The notes under the pieces were generated by a model. It did no database searches, was not told where the DNA came from, and saw only the letters and a program-made list of their open reading frames with translations. DNA of 64,000 bases from Candidatus Gottesmanbacteria bacterium (GTDB taxonomy: Bacteria > Patescibacteriota > Microgenomatia > UBA10105 > UBA927): assembly GCA_030679255.1 (NCBI GenBank), contig JAUXTO010000018.1, forward strand, positions 2,973 to 66,972, given 5' to 3'. The number at the start of each line of letters is the position of its first letter. The first letter of the stretch is position 1. The translations under genes and the position numbers were made by a program. Of this stretch, positions 6,701-18,700 are shown in pieces.

Positions 6701-9700
6701 CCATGCTCGTCGACCGGCAAAAAGCATTCCTCGTCAATCTTGGCGCTCAAGAAGCGGCCCGTAAAGCAGTGTTTGGCGTCTCATCCGCCGGACCGAACTC
6801 GGACTCAGCTCTTTTTGAGGCAGGCACAAGCAATCTCCCGTCGGATGTCAAAAATGATATCGACAAAGACGTCACGGACAAAACGCCGGTCGTCAAAGAA
6901 GTATTTCAACTTCAAAAAACTATGGAGGATTCGGTGCAAAATCTCCAAAAAGGCCTCGCCGAGTGTGATACCGACGAGTGTCGGACCAAGGCAGCTGCGT
7001 TTTTTCAAAATTCTAAAGCAACGATTCTCAACATTGTCAATGTCGATGCTCCCCGATTGGGCCTGGATGACGGGAGGATTAAAGAGTTCAATACATATTT
7101 GACCAATGGCGAGTATACAGCCAAACTCGCGGTGGATAAGCAAAAGCTTCTCCAGGCCTACACTTCCTGTACACCGAATTGTACAAGTACGGAAGATGTC
7201 GATGGTCGCGTCCTGGTATCCGCGGAACAAAAAGCATTCACTGCACAGTATGGCAAATATGTCACGGATCTTCGCAAGGCCAATGAGGCCAACGTTTTCA
7301 AAGAAGGCTACCAGGCGGGTTTGAACGCACTTGACGTTGATTTTCAGGTCGAAGACAAAAAGCTCGCGATGCGGGATATCCAGCTCAAACTTCCTACCAT
7401 GCCGGATCATGATATTACTCAGTATTGGCAGGATTATAACAAGTTAAAACAAGAGATCGAGCAGACGAGAGGCGTTAAAGAAGCCAATCTCGCCGATGCC
7501 TATGCTCAGACGTCCGGTTGGACGGATGCTGCAGCAAAGGCGTTTATTACCTGTATTGCAACAGGAAAAACATCGTGTGATTCTGATCCGGCTGTAAAAA
7601 CAGCGAGGACGGAAATTGTCCGAAGTAATGGCGAAAATAGTCCTCAAGTCGTCCAACTTGATCGGAAGCTTGTAGAAGTCAAAACCCGTTTTGAAATGAA
7701 CGATCTCTATGCCGCGAGGTTGGAATCCGCAGGCAAGAAAGATAATTATGCATTGGAGGATCAGTATGCCAAAACAATCAGTGAGTTAGTAAGAAACGCA
7801 GATAATTATGATCTCGTCCGCGAGATTCAAAAAGATGAAGGAAAGATAAAGACTGCATTCATAAATACTGCCGTAAGAGACGGAAAAGATTGGGCGCTGG
7901 AGATGGTATGGAGAACCGGTAATCCAGTTATAGAAAAAGATGGCACGAAGAGGGAAGCCACCAAGGCAGAATATGAAGAACAAAAGCAAGCTTTAACGAA
8001 ATTACTCGCTCAGCAGGAGGCCGCCGGAATTCCGGAGCCCGTTCGAAAGTCGTTTGAACAAAAATTCTATAACGGTGAACTGCCGGATCCGAAGAAACTA
8101 CTGGCTGATGGGACTATGCCCGTCACGTATGTACGGGATGGCGCGACAGTTACGCAGGAAGTGAAAGCCAAGCCCACGGACCTAGGCAACGTGCTCCTTA
8201 TTGCTCAGACCTCCGTTCAGAAAAACGATCACTATCAGACCTGGCTCCTCCAATCGGGAAATAAGGAAAAGACTCCGGCAGATTTTGACGCCTACCAAAA
8301 GAAAGCCTTTGAGACCTATCAAAAGGACAAATGGCTCTCAGACTTTTTCCTGACGGATGAGAAAGCGAAATCAGACTACGTGAAGGGGCTTTATACCGGA
8401 GAGAAAAATGCAGACGCCTTTGCCACAGCATGGAAGCAAACATCCTGGAGGGAAGCAGTAACTATTAAAGTTCGTTCTATGGTCGGTCCGGAAATTAACC
8501 ATAAAATGGACGAATTTTATGGACTCCAAAAGGATCTCCCCATCGTGCAAGCTGACTACGTGAGCGCGCAGCGCACGAAGGATGCAGACACGCGTATCGT
8601 TTTGAGTCGTTCAAAAGAGATCGAACAAGATCCAAATTTTGCAGATATACAAAGAGACTATGGATGTACCACCGGCCGCCAGTGTCTGGAAAAACAAATA
8701 GCTCAGATGTGGCTCATGGGGCAGGATGCCAAGTTTGGGAATAACGACAAAACCAAAAAAGTTTTTGCCGACGATCCGGATTGGGCGGTCAACGGCGTGA
8801 TAACCGGAAAATTGCAGGTGGGCGATGTCCAGAATCTGGTGAATCAGTATAACAAGGAGCGGGACGAAACAGTGATTAATCCTGTCGTGAAGTATGTTGA
8901 TACGGTTTTGGGTTTTGCAAGCAACATTCCATTATTAGGCGAGCTTGCCAAGCTCGAGAGAAAGCTCGTGGAAGGCACAGTCACCCAAGCCTATCGTCCG
9001 GCAGACGAAAAGCTCGCTTTGGGATTGGCAGAATTGTACGTCAAAAGCGTTGGCGGTACGCTGGAAGACAATGACAAGCTCAAAGATGACGAAATAAAGA
9101 AAAGAATCGTCAATGTCGCGGCCCAGATTGCCCTGGGCACGTCGCTTGATAACCTCAAAAGCGGTATTGATGCGCAAGATAACCTGTCCCTGGTCAAGAA
9201 AATGGAAATACACGGCAAAAATTCCATCCAGGCAGCGTATAAATTGGAAACGAACGCCGTAGCGCAAAAGGAATATATAGAAAAGCTGGACTGGGGGGAG
9301 AAAAACGCGCTGGATTTCGTCAACTGGACACACGGCTCAGCCGTCCGTGGTCATGTGACGACCGAGCAAGGGAAAGAGCGGCTGATAAGAGGCAGTGCAA
9401 CCGGTAACAATATTGAGTATTTTGCTGGCCTTGGTGACATGGCCCGGGGCACCGTTATGTCCGGCGGTAAACTGTATGGCACACTTCTGGCATTTACTGT
9501 ACCGGCAGCGGGACTTGTGGGGGGGACTACAGCTATCACCGGTCAAGGGTTACTCAACGCAGTGGGCACCGGCATGGGTCAGTATCTGGCCGGCGAAAGC
9601 TGGGCAGGGACAGCCGAGGCATGTTCGTTTAAATCCTCGATGGATGGGGCAGCCTGCGGCAGGTCTGCCCTCATGACGGCATTTATGACGATCTCCGCGG

Positions 9701-12700
9701 GTCAGGGTGGCGCGGCGATCTTGAATAAGCCCGCAGCATTGACAAATTCAGTTGCAGTAGCAGAAAACGTAATTGTTGGTGGGTCCAAGGTGGGCGCGAT
9801 TACGTCGGCCGCGCGCAGACTTGAAGGAGCCATCGCTGCTTCCGCACCGGTGCAAGCTATTGAACGCGCTATGGTCAGCGCGCCCGCGCAGTTAGGTCTT
9901 AATGGGTTGGGTATCGCAGCGTTTGGCGGCGAGGCGTTGCATGTTTGCGGCACCGAAGGAGTAGGGGTCAACTGCGGTATCCAGGCTGGATTTACGGCGG
10001 TGACGGCGCTTCGTTTTCTTAATGGTGGAGCGCAGATGATTGCCGCGAGGCAACCTCCGGGAAGCGCTCTGGGCAAGGTTATTACAAACGGCAATAAAGC
10101 TATCGCCGTCCTTGATGCCGGGGTCAATGGGACATTAGCCGGTTCCGCCTGTACGGCGGCCCTCGTCGGTCTTGCGCCCGGGGAGAGCTGTGGCACGGCC
10201 ATCATGTTTTTGACGACAGCGACGATTCATACACGGGATGCGTTCAAACCCGGTGGTCATCCGCCGGAGACTGCCGCTTCAACCAAAGATTCGGGAAAGA
10301 AGTTCGCATCTATGCAGGACGTGGCCAAAGATTTTAACAGCGCGCTTTCCGTAGACGCCAAGACCGGTAAGGTCACGGTTAGGGCGGATAAAGAAATTAC
10401 ATTCACAGACGTACAGGGAAAAGAAAAAAAGATTTCAGTCAAAACGACATCGACTGATGCGGAGATTGCTGCCGCGCGTAAGCAGCTCGTGAATGATTAT
10501 GCAGAGACGAAAGTCGCATTCGACGAATCGGTGAAAGTGGCCCAAGCAATAGCCCGGACGAAAGTAGATCCCAAAGACACAGCGATGGACAGCGCGATAA
10601 AGCTTGCCGAAGCTAAAAAAACATTCGACTCATCCGTCTCAGAAGCCTCATCAGACCCATCGAAATTATCCCAAGTTGATACCGCAGCCAAAGCGCTCGA
10701 AACGGCCGCCACCCGCTACCGGGCAGAATCGGCGGATCTGAAAGCCGCCCGCGGGTACAAAGTCCCTGCGGACAGTGATCCGGTCAAAGCTAAGGCACAT
10801 CAAGACGCATTAGCCACATTAGACACATTGGTCACACGAACCCGTCCCGCAGGAGAGACTCCCGCAGCTGAGAAAGCGTATAATGTGGCCTACGAACGCG
10901 CTAAAGAGGGAGTCGTTATAGCCCAGGAGTCTATCAAAGCAACGTCATACAAGGGACGACAGGAAGTTCTTCATAAAGAAGTCACCGCCGCCCGCGCCGT
11001 CAAAGCCGAGGCACAAACCCGTCTTGATAATGCCGAACCAGAGCTCGCGCTTGGCCAAAAGGTTGGTAGTTTATCACGCGCAGAACGTTTTACCGCGATT
11101 GTCAATCTTGAAGCAAGAGTTAATGAATATAAAAACGCGGCACAATCAGAAGGAGGATGGGAGGCAAAGGTCCAGCAAGCAGAAACACTGCTCACTGCAG
11201 CAAAAGCAAAACATGCATACATCACGAGTTTGGAAGTCGTTAATGGCGATAAACCACTGGCGAAACTTCCGGAAATTCCTGCGGATATCCAACAAACATA
11301 TGATGCACTGACCAAACATAGTGAAGCCCAACAGCAGATTGTTCAAGGGGCTGAAAAAGCGATTGAGCAATCCAACACGACGATTGCAGAAAAAGTCAAA
11401 GCCCGTGACGGCGCCGGGACCAGACTTGCCAAGCTCGGTGATACCCCCGTTGGCTCGTATGTCCGTACGGAAATTCTCGGAAGACTGTATCCCGAAGAAT
11501 CTCAAGCGCAACAGAGACTAGCTACCGACGTCGGCCGCAGTGTCGTCGACAAAATCCTCGCTCAACTGCGGAGCGCTCCGCAAGCTCCGGCAGCCGCCGC
11601 CAATCAGCCGCTTCTGACCCGCCTCCGTGACGTTTTTTCTCCTGATGCTGCTGCTCGCCGAACCGCTGCAGAGGCAGAAAAAGTTCAGAGCACGGCCGCG
11701 ACTGCTACACAGCGCGCACAACAGACACAAAGTGAACTATCACGGGAAGTTGCACGGCTGGAAAAAGAAGCATTGGACGCAAAAGATAGGAGTACAGTGC
11801 GTACTACAGAATATGAATCTGCTCTTGCCAAAGCCAGACAAGAATCGGAGCAAAAGCCCGCATTACACGCCAAAGAAAAAGGTGAAGTCGCATTTCAGGA
11901 ACGATTACTCGCAGAAAAACAAGCGGAAATTAGACGGTTAGAAGAAAGCCGCGCGTCACTCAAAAGCGACGTGGATAAGGCGGTGCGCGATAGCGTCATT
12001 GTGGGCGCGCGCCAGACAGAGCAAACATATCGTGATCAATTAACCACAGCAAAACAAGCGCTGGAGGATGCCATCGCGCGGACATCAGAGGTTGTTCGGG
12101 CCAATGATCAGCTTGGCAAAGCTAAACAAACTGCGCTTGATATCGAGGCTGCAAACAAATCAGCAAAGGAAAAATTAACTGAGGCCACGAAAAATACCGA
12201 CGTTGCCAAACAAAAAGAAAAACAAGCCAACGATCGGGTATTTTTAGAGCGGAAAGCCCTCAAAGATCTCGCTTCCGTGGCGAAGGATGGTCAGGCACTG
12301 CAAAAAGAACTCCGGGAGCAAAAGGATTTGGAAAAAAAGTATGACCGCGAGCTTGTGGATTTGCAGTCCGAGCGGAAAAAATTGGAATTAGAGGTACAAA
12401 AGCAGACCGACGCGCTTACCAAAGCCAGAAATGAAGTCAAATCCAAACCAAGCAAAGAAGTGTTGGATGCCAACGAATTGGTACGCCAGGCAGAAGTGAG
12501 GGTTGCTCAGGCGCAAAATGAGCTGACGCGTTTGGATAATGAACTAAAAGAAGGAAAAACAAGTAAAGCCGTTGTTGATATCGCTAAGATTGCCTATCAG
12601 GAAACCAAAAATGATGCAGAACTGAGGGTCCGTGAAGCTAATAAAGCGCGCGATGGCGTAATAGACCTCGATCCGAGGGCGCAGAAAGCCAAGGATGCTT

Positions 12701-15700
12701 TGGATAAGACATGGAAATTACTGACGGAGAAAAATCAGAAATACGCCACAACAAATAAAGCCTGGGAGACAGCAACCAACCGAATTACAGAGTTAGAATC
12801 CCTTCCGTTATCTAAATCCTTCGCCCAGCGTCTTAAAGACGCCTTCATTCCTCCCAAGACAACTGTTCCCGCCTCGCCCGTCGATTTATCCGCCGAAGCT
12901 CCGGCGAAGGCGGACCCCACCGCCGTCAAACAGATCTTCGACCGTACCACGGTCTACAATGAATCACTCCGGGCAGCACAAGATGCGTTGGGAGAAAATG
13001 TATTAGCATCTCCATCCCAAGAAGCCATCAGACGAGCTCAAGATGCCACAAAACAGATCATAGAACAACAGCTAGTTCTTGAAAATGCTGCTGCTCGTGG
13101 GGTTGCTGCCGATTCGGTGGCAAATAGTTTGAACTTTAAGCCTCGTCCGCGTGGCATTGCCGCGATGCAGGCTGGGATAGAAACGCGTCAGGTATGGGCA
13201 CGGGATGTATGGAATGCTACGGCAGAAAGTACACAGGAAAGAGTCTGGGGAACCGTGGAGAAGCCAAGCCGCCTCCGGTTATTTGTCGACCGTATGGGTG
13301 ACGGTCCGCTCAATCGCGCACTTGCCGCAAGTGAGATGGCCCGCGCATACAACCGGCAGGAAATTACGGGATTTGTGGCTACTGCCAAAGTTGAAGGCGT
13401 TCTGCGCGATGGTAAACAGATACGACTTCGCGGTGCAGGTGATACGATAAAAAGTTTGAGTGATACCCTCTCTGGCTCACCCGATGGCGTGTATGATGTC
13501 ACAACCAGCGGAGAGAACGTTCGCGTGGTCAAATATGGAAATAAATTGTACGTTGGGAGTCAAAACAGTCCCGAAGCAGTTGCGAACGCATTTGCAACGA
13601 AAGAATCATTGACCATCAAATCGCGCGTGACGGATATTCCTGTCGATAGCAGCGGAAAAGTCACTGTAACCATCAATGGAGAAGCAATCGCAGCGGATTC
13701 GTTTGCTGCATTGAAGCCTAAATTGGCAGGGAAAAGTGGTGTCGCCCGTAGTGAGATTGGCGGCAAAGAAGTGCTCTTAGAAGTGCGGGAAGGTGATGTG
13801 TTCATTGCCAAAAACGGGAGCAACGGACAGCCGCAACTCGTTGAAGGGAAGATCGGGACAGAATTTTGGATCGATGAGTCGATTGCCAAAACGAGGAGCG
13901 CTAAGCGGGTCATCGCAGAGTTGAAACGAGGCATTGCAGATATCCAGAAAGCCAAAGGCGACCAGCAATTTTGGGGATTTGAAAAAGGAGAGAAAAATCA
14001 AGTTCAGTATATTGCTGACGCCATTTTAGGCCGGGAGACCGGACAACGCGGCACGCTTTACGAGGCGATCACCGGAATAGGAAAGACGACCACGATTATT
14101 CCGAGTGTCGCGGTTCTCAAGGCCCGCATCACCGGTTCGCCGGTTGTGGTGATCCTCAATACGACGGCTGATGTTGCGGCGTTTTTTAAAGATTCCCCGT
14201 CGGAATTTTTTACGAAAGTCGGGCAAAAAATCGTCGAGTTTGACGCCAACAATTTTGATCCAGGAAGCCCCGCGCATACCAAAGCCCTTGCGGAAGCCAA
14301 CATCATCGTCACGACCAAAGATGCGATTTTTGAGTCCATCAAAGGCAAGCAAGGTGAGCCGTTTCTGCGGAAAGCCAAGGGGTCGGTGCTCCTTGCTGAT
14401 GAAGCCCAAAATACCCTGCGCCTGGAGATCGACTACATCATCACCCATGGTGGCCGGACGCGGCTTGCGGACCGTCCCGACGGACAGTCAAAGATCGATA
14501 TGTTCACGGAGGTTTTGGATGGGGCAACCCTAAAGAAGCTTCGTGCCACACTTGCCGAACGGGGGCTTGAGGCGATGCTTGAAGAGTCCGGTATCACGCG
14601 CGCAGATGGCCGCGGCAAGGTGGGGAAAGCGGAAGTGCTTGCCGAAAGTTACCGCGATCTTTTGGAATCAGCGATTGCCGCGACGGAAAAGGCAGTTCCG
14701 GGGAGCGAGACCGCCATACGGGAGTACTTGCGGACAAAAGGGCTGGAAACGGGTCAGCCGGTCACGAGCGAACAGGCATTTGCGCGGTTTTTGAATGAAA
14801 TTTCTTTTGCTGGAGACAGTAGCGTTGCCATCAAGATAGTACAAGCCAACACGCGGGAGAGGATTGCAGCGTTTAATAGTATTGTGAATCAGTTTGCCCA
14901 AGTGCCGGGCAATGACTTTACGGCTGGTAAAGGTGGGTTTGTCGTCCTTGCCGAAGGAGGCGCGATATCCGGCAGGACTCCTTCCCGGGCGTATGATTCG
15001 CTTGCGCTTGCCCAGGTGGGGTTTGAAGTACTTTCCTCCCGCGGGGTGAAGGATCTCGTCAGTCCACCGCTTCGGGATGTATCGATAAGCGAAAGCAGTA
15101 TCGGTACCAATTATGCCAAGTTTCTCAAAAACTTCTCCGAGATTTACGGGTTTACGGGGACTCCTGATCGGGTAGCAGCACAGTTTGATCGGGTTTATGG
15201 TATTAAACTCGGCAGCGGTGGGGTCAAGCAGTTTGATTTCGTCTTCGGTGATCCGGTAAAAGGCTCCCCGGCCAAGCACGGAATTGCTTCTATCGTGGGT
15301 TTGGGTCAGGCTACTACTGAGAAACTGCGCGAGACGTTTTCTACGGTTGTTGACGGGCAGGGAGACAAACAAGTCACGCATATCGTCAATACCGATAGCA
15401 GTATTCCCCAGGGAGAACTCCTTGGATTTGCCCGTGAGCAGGCAGCGAAAGATTTGAGCGGGAAGTATGCCGGCAAAGGTGTCGTGGTCATCGTCAATGA
15501 TCCGAATGGTCAACATTACGCCGTAGAATTTGGCCGCGACGGAAGTGGGAAAGTGGTCGAAACGTCGCGCCGGATGCTTACTGATAGTGACGCTAAACGC
15601 GTGAGCGCAGAAACGAACAATACAGCAATCACTTCAGCCAAAGAACTCATCAATAGCGAGCTTGCGGCAGCCCGGACAGATGGCAAGCGGGTATATCAGA

Positions 15701-18700
15701 TTTATGAAATCGGACAGCATTATGGGGTAGACCGCGTGACCTTAGCACAGGATGGGTTTGTCGTTCTTGCCAACAACAATACGACGCTCACGGATTTTCT
15801 CCAGGGGGTGGGACGCGACCGTGGACTGAATGGTGGTGCTGGGACGAATGCATACTCTCGGGTTGATGCGATCGTTCGTGGTGTAGACGTAGCGAATCAA
15901 GGCACATTTACCGATCAGGCAGCGATACGCAATCTCGCCGATCAGGTATTGCGTGCCTCAGAGAAACGTGCCATTGCCCAGTCTGAGCTGGATGCGCTAG
16001 GACGCATCGCCGAAAACGTCGGGTTCGATGTTATTGCGCGTATGGAAGAGGCAGCAAAAGGTGGAAGGATTACGCAAGCCTGGAATAGTGGCAAAGTCCC
16101 GCAGGCGGCTCTTTTTGACGGTCTTCGCGAGACGCTCCGCAGCCGCGCTGAGCTGGATTTTTCCATCGGCAAAAGCGATGTGACCGGTAAACAGGATTTA
16201 CTTGAAAAGGTGAACCGTATCCAGAAAATGTTGGTTGAAACCTACGAGAGCGAGTCCTATAAATCTTTGCCGGAGTCTTCCAAGCGGGTGCTTCGTGATG
16301 CGTTGACACAACAGGATGGTACGGTCAAAACAAATCTTTTTACCGAGGCGGACCTTGTACTTCGTGGTGACCGGAAAAATGGGAAAGGAGACGCTGTCGG
16401 CGCTCTCAATGAGTCAAAAAATCTCATCGATTATCTCGACCGAGTTAATGGTGTTGTGAAAGCAGAGGATATACCCAAAACTATCGCTCGCGGCTTGGTC
16501 CCAACGGAAAAGAATACCGATTTTGCTGCAGCAAATCAAACGGGTCAAGCGCCATCAGTTTCCGCTGTTCCCAACGATCCCATTGGCACCGCCAACCGCC
16601 TCGCCGCCGAGATTGCCAATCGTGGAACTGCCGCTGACACGACTCCCCTCACTACCTCTCAACAAACGACTCTCGCTGCGGGTTTTGTCGCCGCCCAACA
16701 AGCGCTTACACAGGCCGCTTCTGCCCGTGATCAATTTGCTGCAACTATTCCACAACAATCATTCCGTACGTCAGGCTCTTTGAGTCTCGATGACCATATT
16801 ATCGCGGTTGACAGTCAGGGTAATCGGGTGATGCTAGCGATTGGAAAAGATACGAAAATTGTCACACCGCTTGCCGGTGGTGCAGGCGAGACATATTACG
16901 ATTTTAATGTTAATTTTCAACCATTTCAGATATCTGATCAGGTAAGGACACTTACCATTCAGTCCGGCAATGAAGTGTATACGGTGGGCGCTGATCAACT
17001 TGATGATGCCAGAAACAAGGTGGAGCAGGAACTCATCACTCCCGAAGACCAGACCAAGAGAGATGCCCTGGAAAATGACCTCGCTCAAGCCAAAGCACAG
17101 GCAAAAGAGTTTGAGCGTTTACTCGTCCAATCTCCCCAAATCCCCCAATCTCCCCAAATACCCCAATCACCCCAACTTCCCGTCGACCTCCGCTCCGGCC
17201 CCTGGACCAAACCTGTCGCCGACGCAGTAGCCCAAGACCTCGCCACCGGTAAAAAGACCGTGGCAGAGGTTGGGCTAGCCGAATCGTACGCCCTCCACGC
17301 TCAATCCGTGGGTCAAACCAGGACTGATATTGAGAAGAGGCTCGCCGCCGACCTCGCCGAACGCATCACTCAGGCTCTTCCCTCTAGTGTTTCTATCCCA
17401 TCTAGTGTTTCTATCCCTCCTTCTCTTCTCTCCGCCGTCGCGGCCTACGAAAACGCCGTCACCAAGGCACTCTATCATGACTACGACAAGTTCACTGCAT
17501 CCGAAGGCCGTACCCCCGACGAGGCCCAAAAGCAAATCCAGCTCGCAACTGACACGATCGTCATAGCCCGGGCCAACGCAGAGGAAGCGATCGCTAAGGC
17601 GCTTGCGGGCAAAACGGATCCAAATGCGCAGCTCACGGTTGCTGAACGGGTAGCGGGAAACCACGCCCTTACCGCCATCTCCGGCGCCCTCATCGCCGAT
17701 GCCCCGGCCGTCGCCGCCCGCCTCTCCGCCTTCGTCACCGGCGCCCGGGCCACTGGTATCAGTCCGTTTGTAGGGGATAAACCGTTTACCAACGTCACTG
17801 AAGTGCTTTTCCGCGCGACGCTGAGCGCTATCTTTCCACCGGCATCCCTCAGCCGTGCAATTATGCAAATTCCGGAGTTTTTAACTTCACTATCGCCGGA
17901 CTACGTTGCCCGTTTGAGAGCTATACTGGATCGGGTAGGCGCAACAAGAACGGATCGTTTATCGAAATATCTTTTTAACGCTTTCTCGACGTGGCTCAGC
18001 GTAAAAGATCCGGATTTTGCTCCTGCCGCACCGACTTCTACTGCTCCTTCGACTCCGTCTACCGCCACTTCCGGTACGGCCGAAGTCGTCCGATCAATGA
18101 AAGAAATCACTGATAATCTTGATAGTCTCCTTTCTGCGAGTTCGACACTTCCTACCCCTGATGCTGTCATGAGCCCTATCGAACGAGCTCAAGTCTATGA
18201 GAGTTTATCGTTGCCGGATGCGGGGGTCGTAGAGAGCGCAAAACAATTGCTTCAAGGTGACGTTGGCATTCGACTCATGAGGGCATTAGGTCAGAAGACG
18301 GATGTATTGTTGTCGTCACAGGTAGAGGCCAAACAAACAGCTACTATCGATGCCATCATCGCCTACGAAGCCGCGGTGTTGTCCGGAGATAAGACTCAGA
18401 TTGCCGCTGCCAAGTCAAAAGCCGAAGCAGCCATCAAAACCTTCGTCACAGATTCTTCTCCGGAAATGCAGTCGATACGCGCCGGAGCGCCGAAGAAATT
18501 TATATTCGGCATTGATTATGCCGCCATCCTCACCCGTACTTCATCAGTCGTCGTTTCACCATCAAAAGTTTCAAATTCTGCTCCCTCTCTTCCTTCTACT
18601 CCTCCTCTTTCCTCTGTTTCCCAACCCGCCCCGGCTCCCGTAACTTCTCCTACAACTCCCGTAGGTTCTCCCGTATCAGCTCCCGCTACGAGCCAACTAT

